Origin: Octopus vulgaris
Lineage: Eukaryota
Assembly (NCBI GenBank): GCA_951406725.2
Contig: OX597827.1
Span: forward strand, 33,790,001-33,854,000
Direction: 5' to 3'
DNA length: 64,000 nucleotides
Part shown: in pieces, positions 63,571 through 64,000 of the stretch
Numbering within the stretch: position 1 is the first letter of the stretch
How the letters are laid out: each line of letters opens with the position of its first letter
The notes under the pieces: generated by a model
What the model saw: only the letters and a program-made list of their open reading frames with translations
What the model was told of the DNA's origin: nothing
Database searches by the model: none
Program-made: the position numbers and the translations under genes

Positions 63571-64000
63571 TTGTTGTTGATGAACCTGTTCAGAATCCCA
63601 CATGTTCATTCTTTTCCAAACAGACAACCGACGACAAATGTCAGCCTTTTCGTTAACACTCCAGTCAAAGACTTAAACTCTGTGTTTAGCAGGAACTGGA
63701 TTAGGGAACTAGTTAAGTGGCAGTTGATGGAAGTAAATCTGAGAGTGCACCATTAAATAAGGAGGAGGCAGTGCCATCTGGTGCACCCTCTTAGCAACAG
63801 GCATACTTGTTGATGCATATGACAGCTTTTGTCCCAAATTGTTTCCCCTTTACATACATGTAAAGGGCCACACATCCTTGAGGCATTTTTCAGTTTCTGC
63901 CAGAATAGGAAATTTAAGTTTCCTCTCATGAGAGATGCACTTATACAGAATCGTTTTTCTCATTCAGAGTTAGTTTTCCACTTCTCATTAAGCAGCATAA

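Overview
AT-rich, repeat-dominated eukaryotic genomic DNA. The SINE families, microsatellite load and intronless tandem C2H2 array suggest a coleoid cephalopod (Octopus-like); this is inference. One clearly intact protein-coding ORF is present: a minus-strand 720-aa protein with 16 tandem C2H2 zinc fingers (31532-33694), with candidate non-coding upstream exons. The rest is a transposon graveyard: several tRNA-derived SINE families, a mariner pseudogene, three Penelope-like element (PLE) remnants, RTE, HERO-like and Tx1/L1 LINE remnants, a Helitron fragment, MITEs and long palindromes. The most notable hidden structure is about a dozen type-I hammerhead ribozyme (HHR) motifs (stem I-CUGAnGA-stem II-GAAA-palindromic minimal helix III-NUH) in PLE-type terminal repeats. 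Several have greatly enlarged stem II hairpins, and one is fused downstream of a tRNA-like Pol III head. The zinc-finger recognition helices are almost uniformly Q(-1)/N(+3), predicting an A-rich or (nAA)n DNA reader. Most short ORFs in the supplied track are microsatellite or repeat artefacts. Repeat boundaries were read by eye and are approximate.
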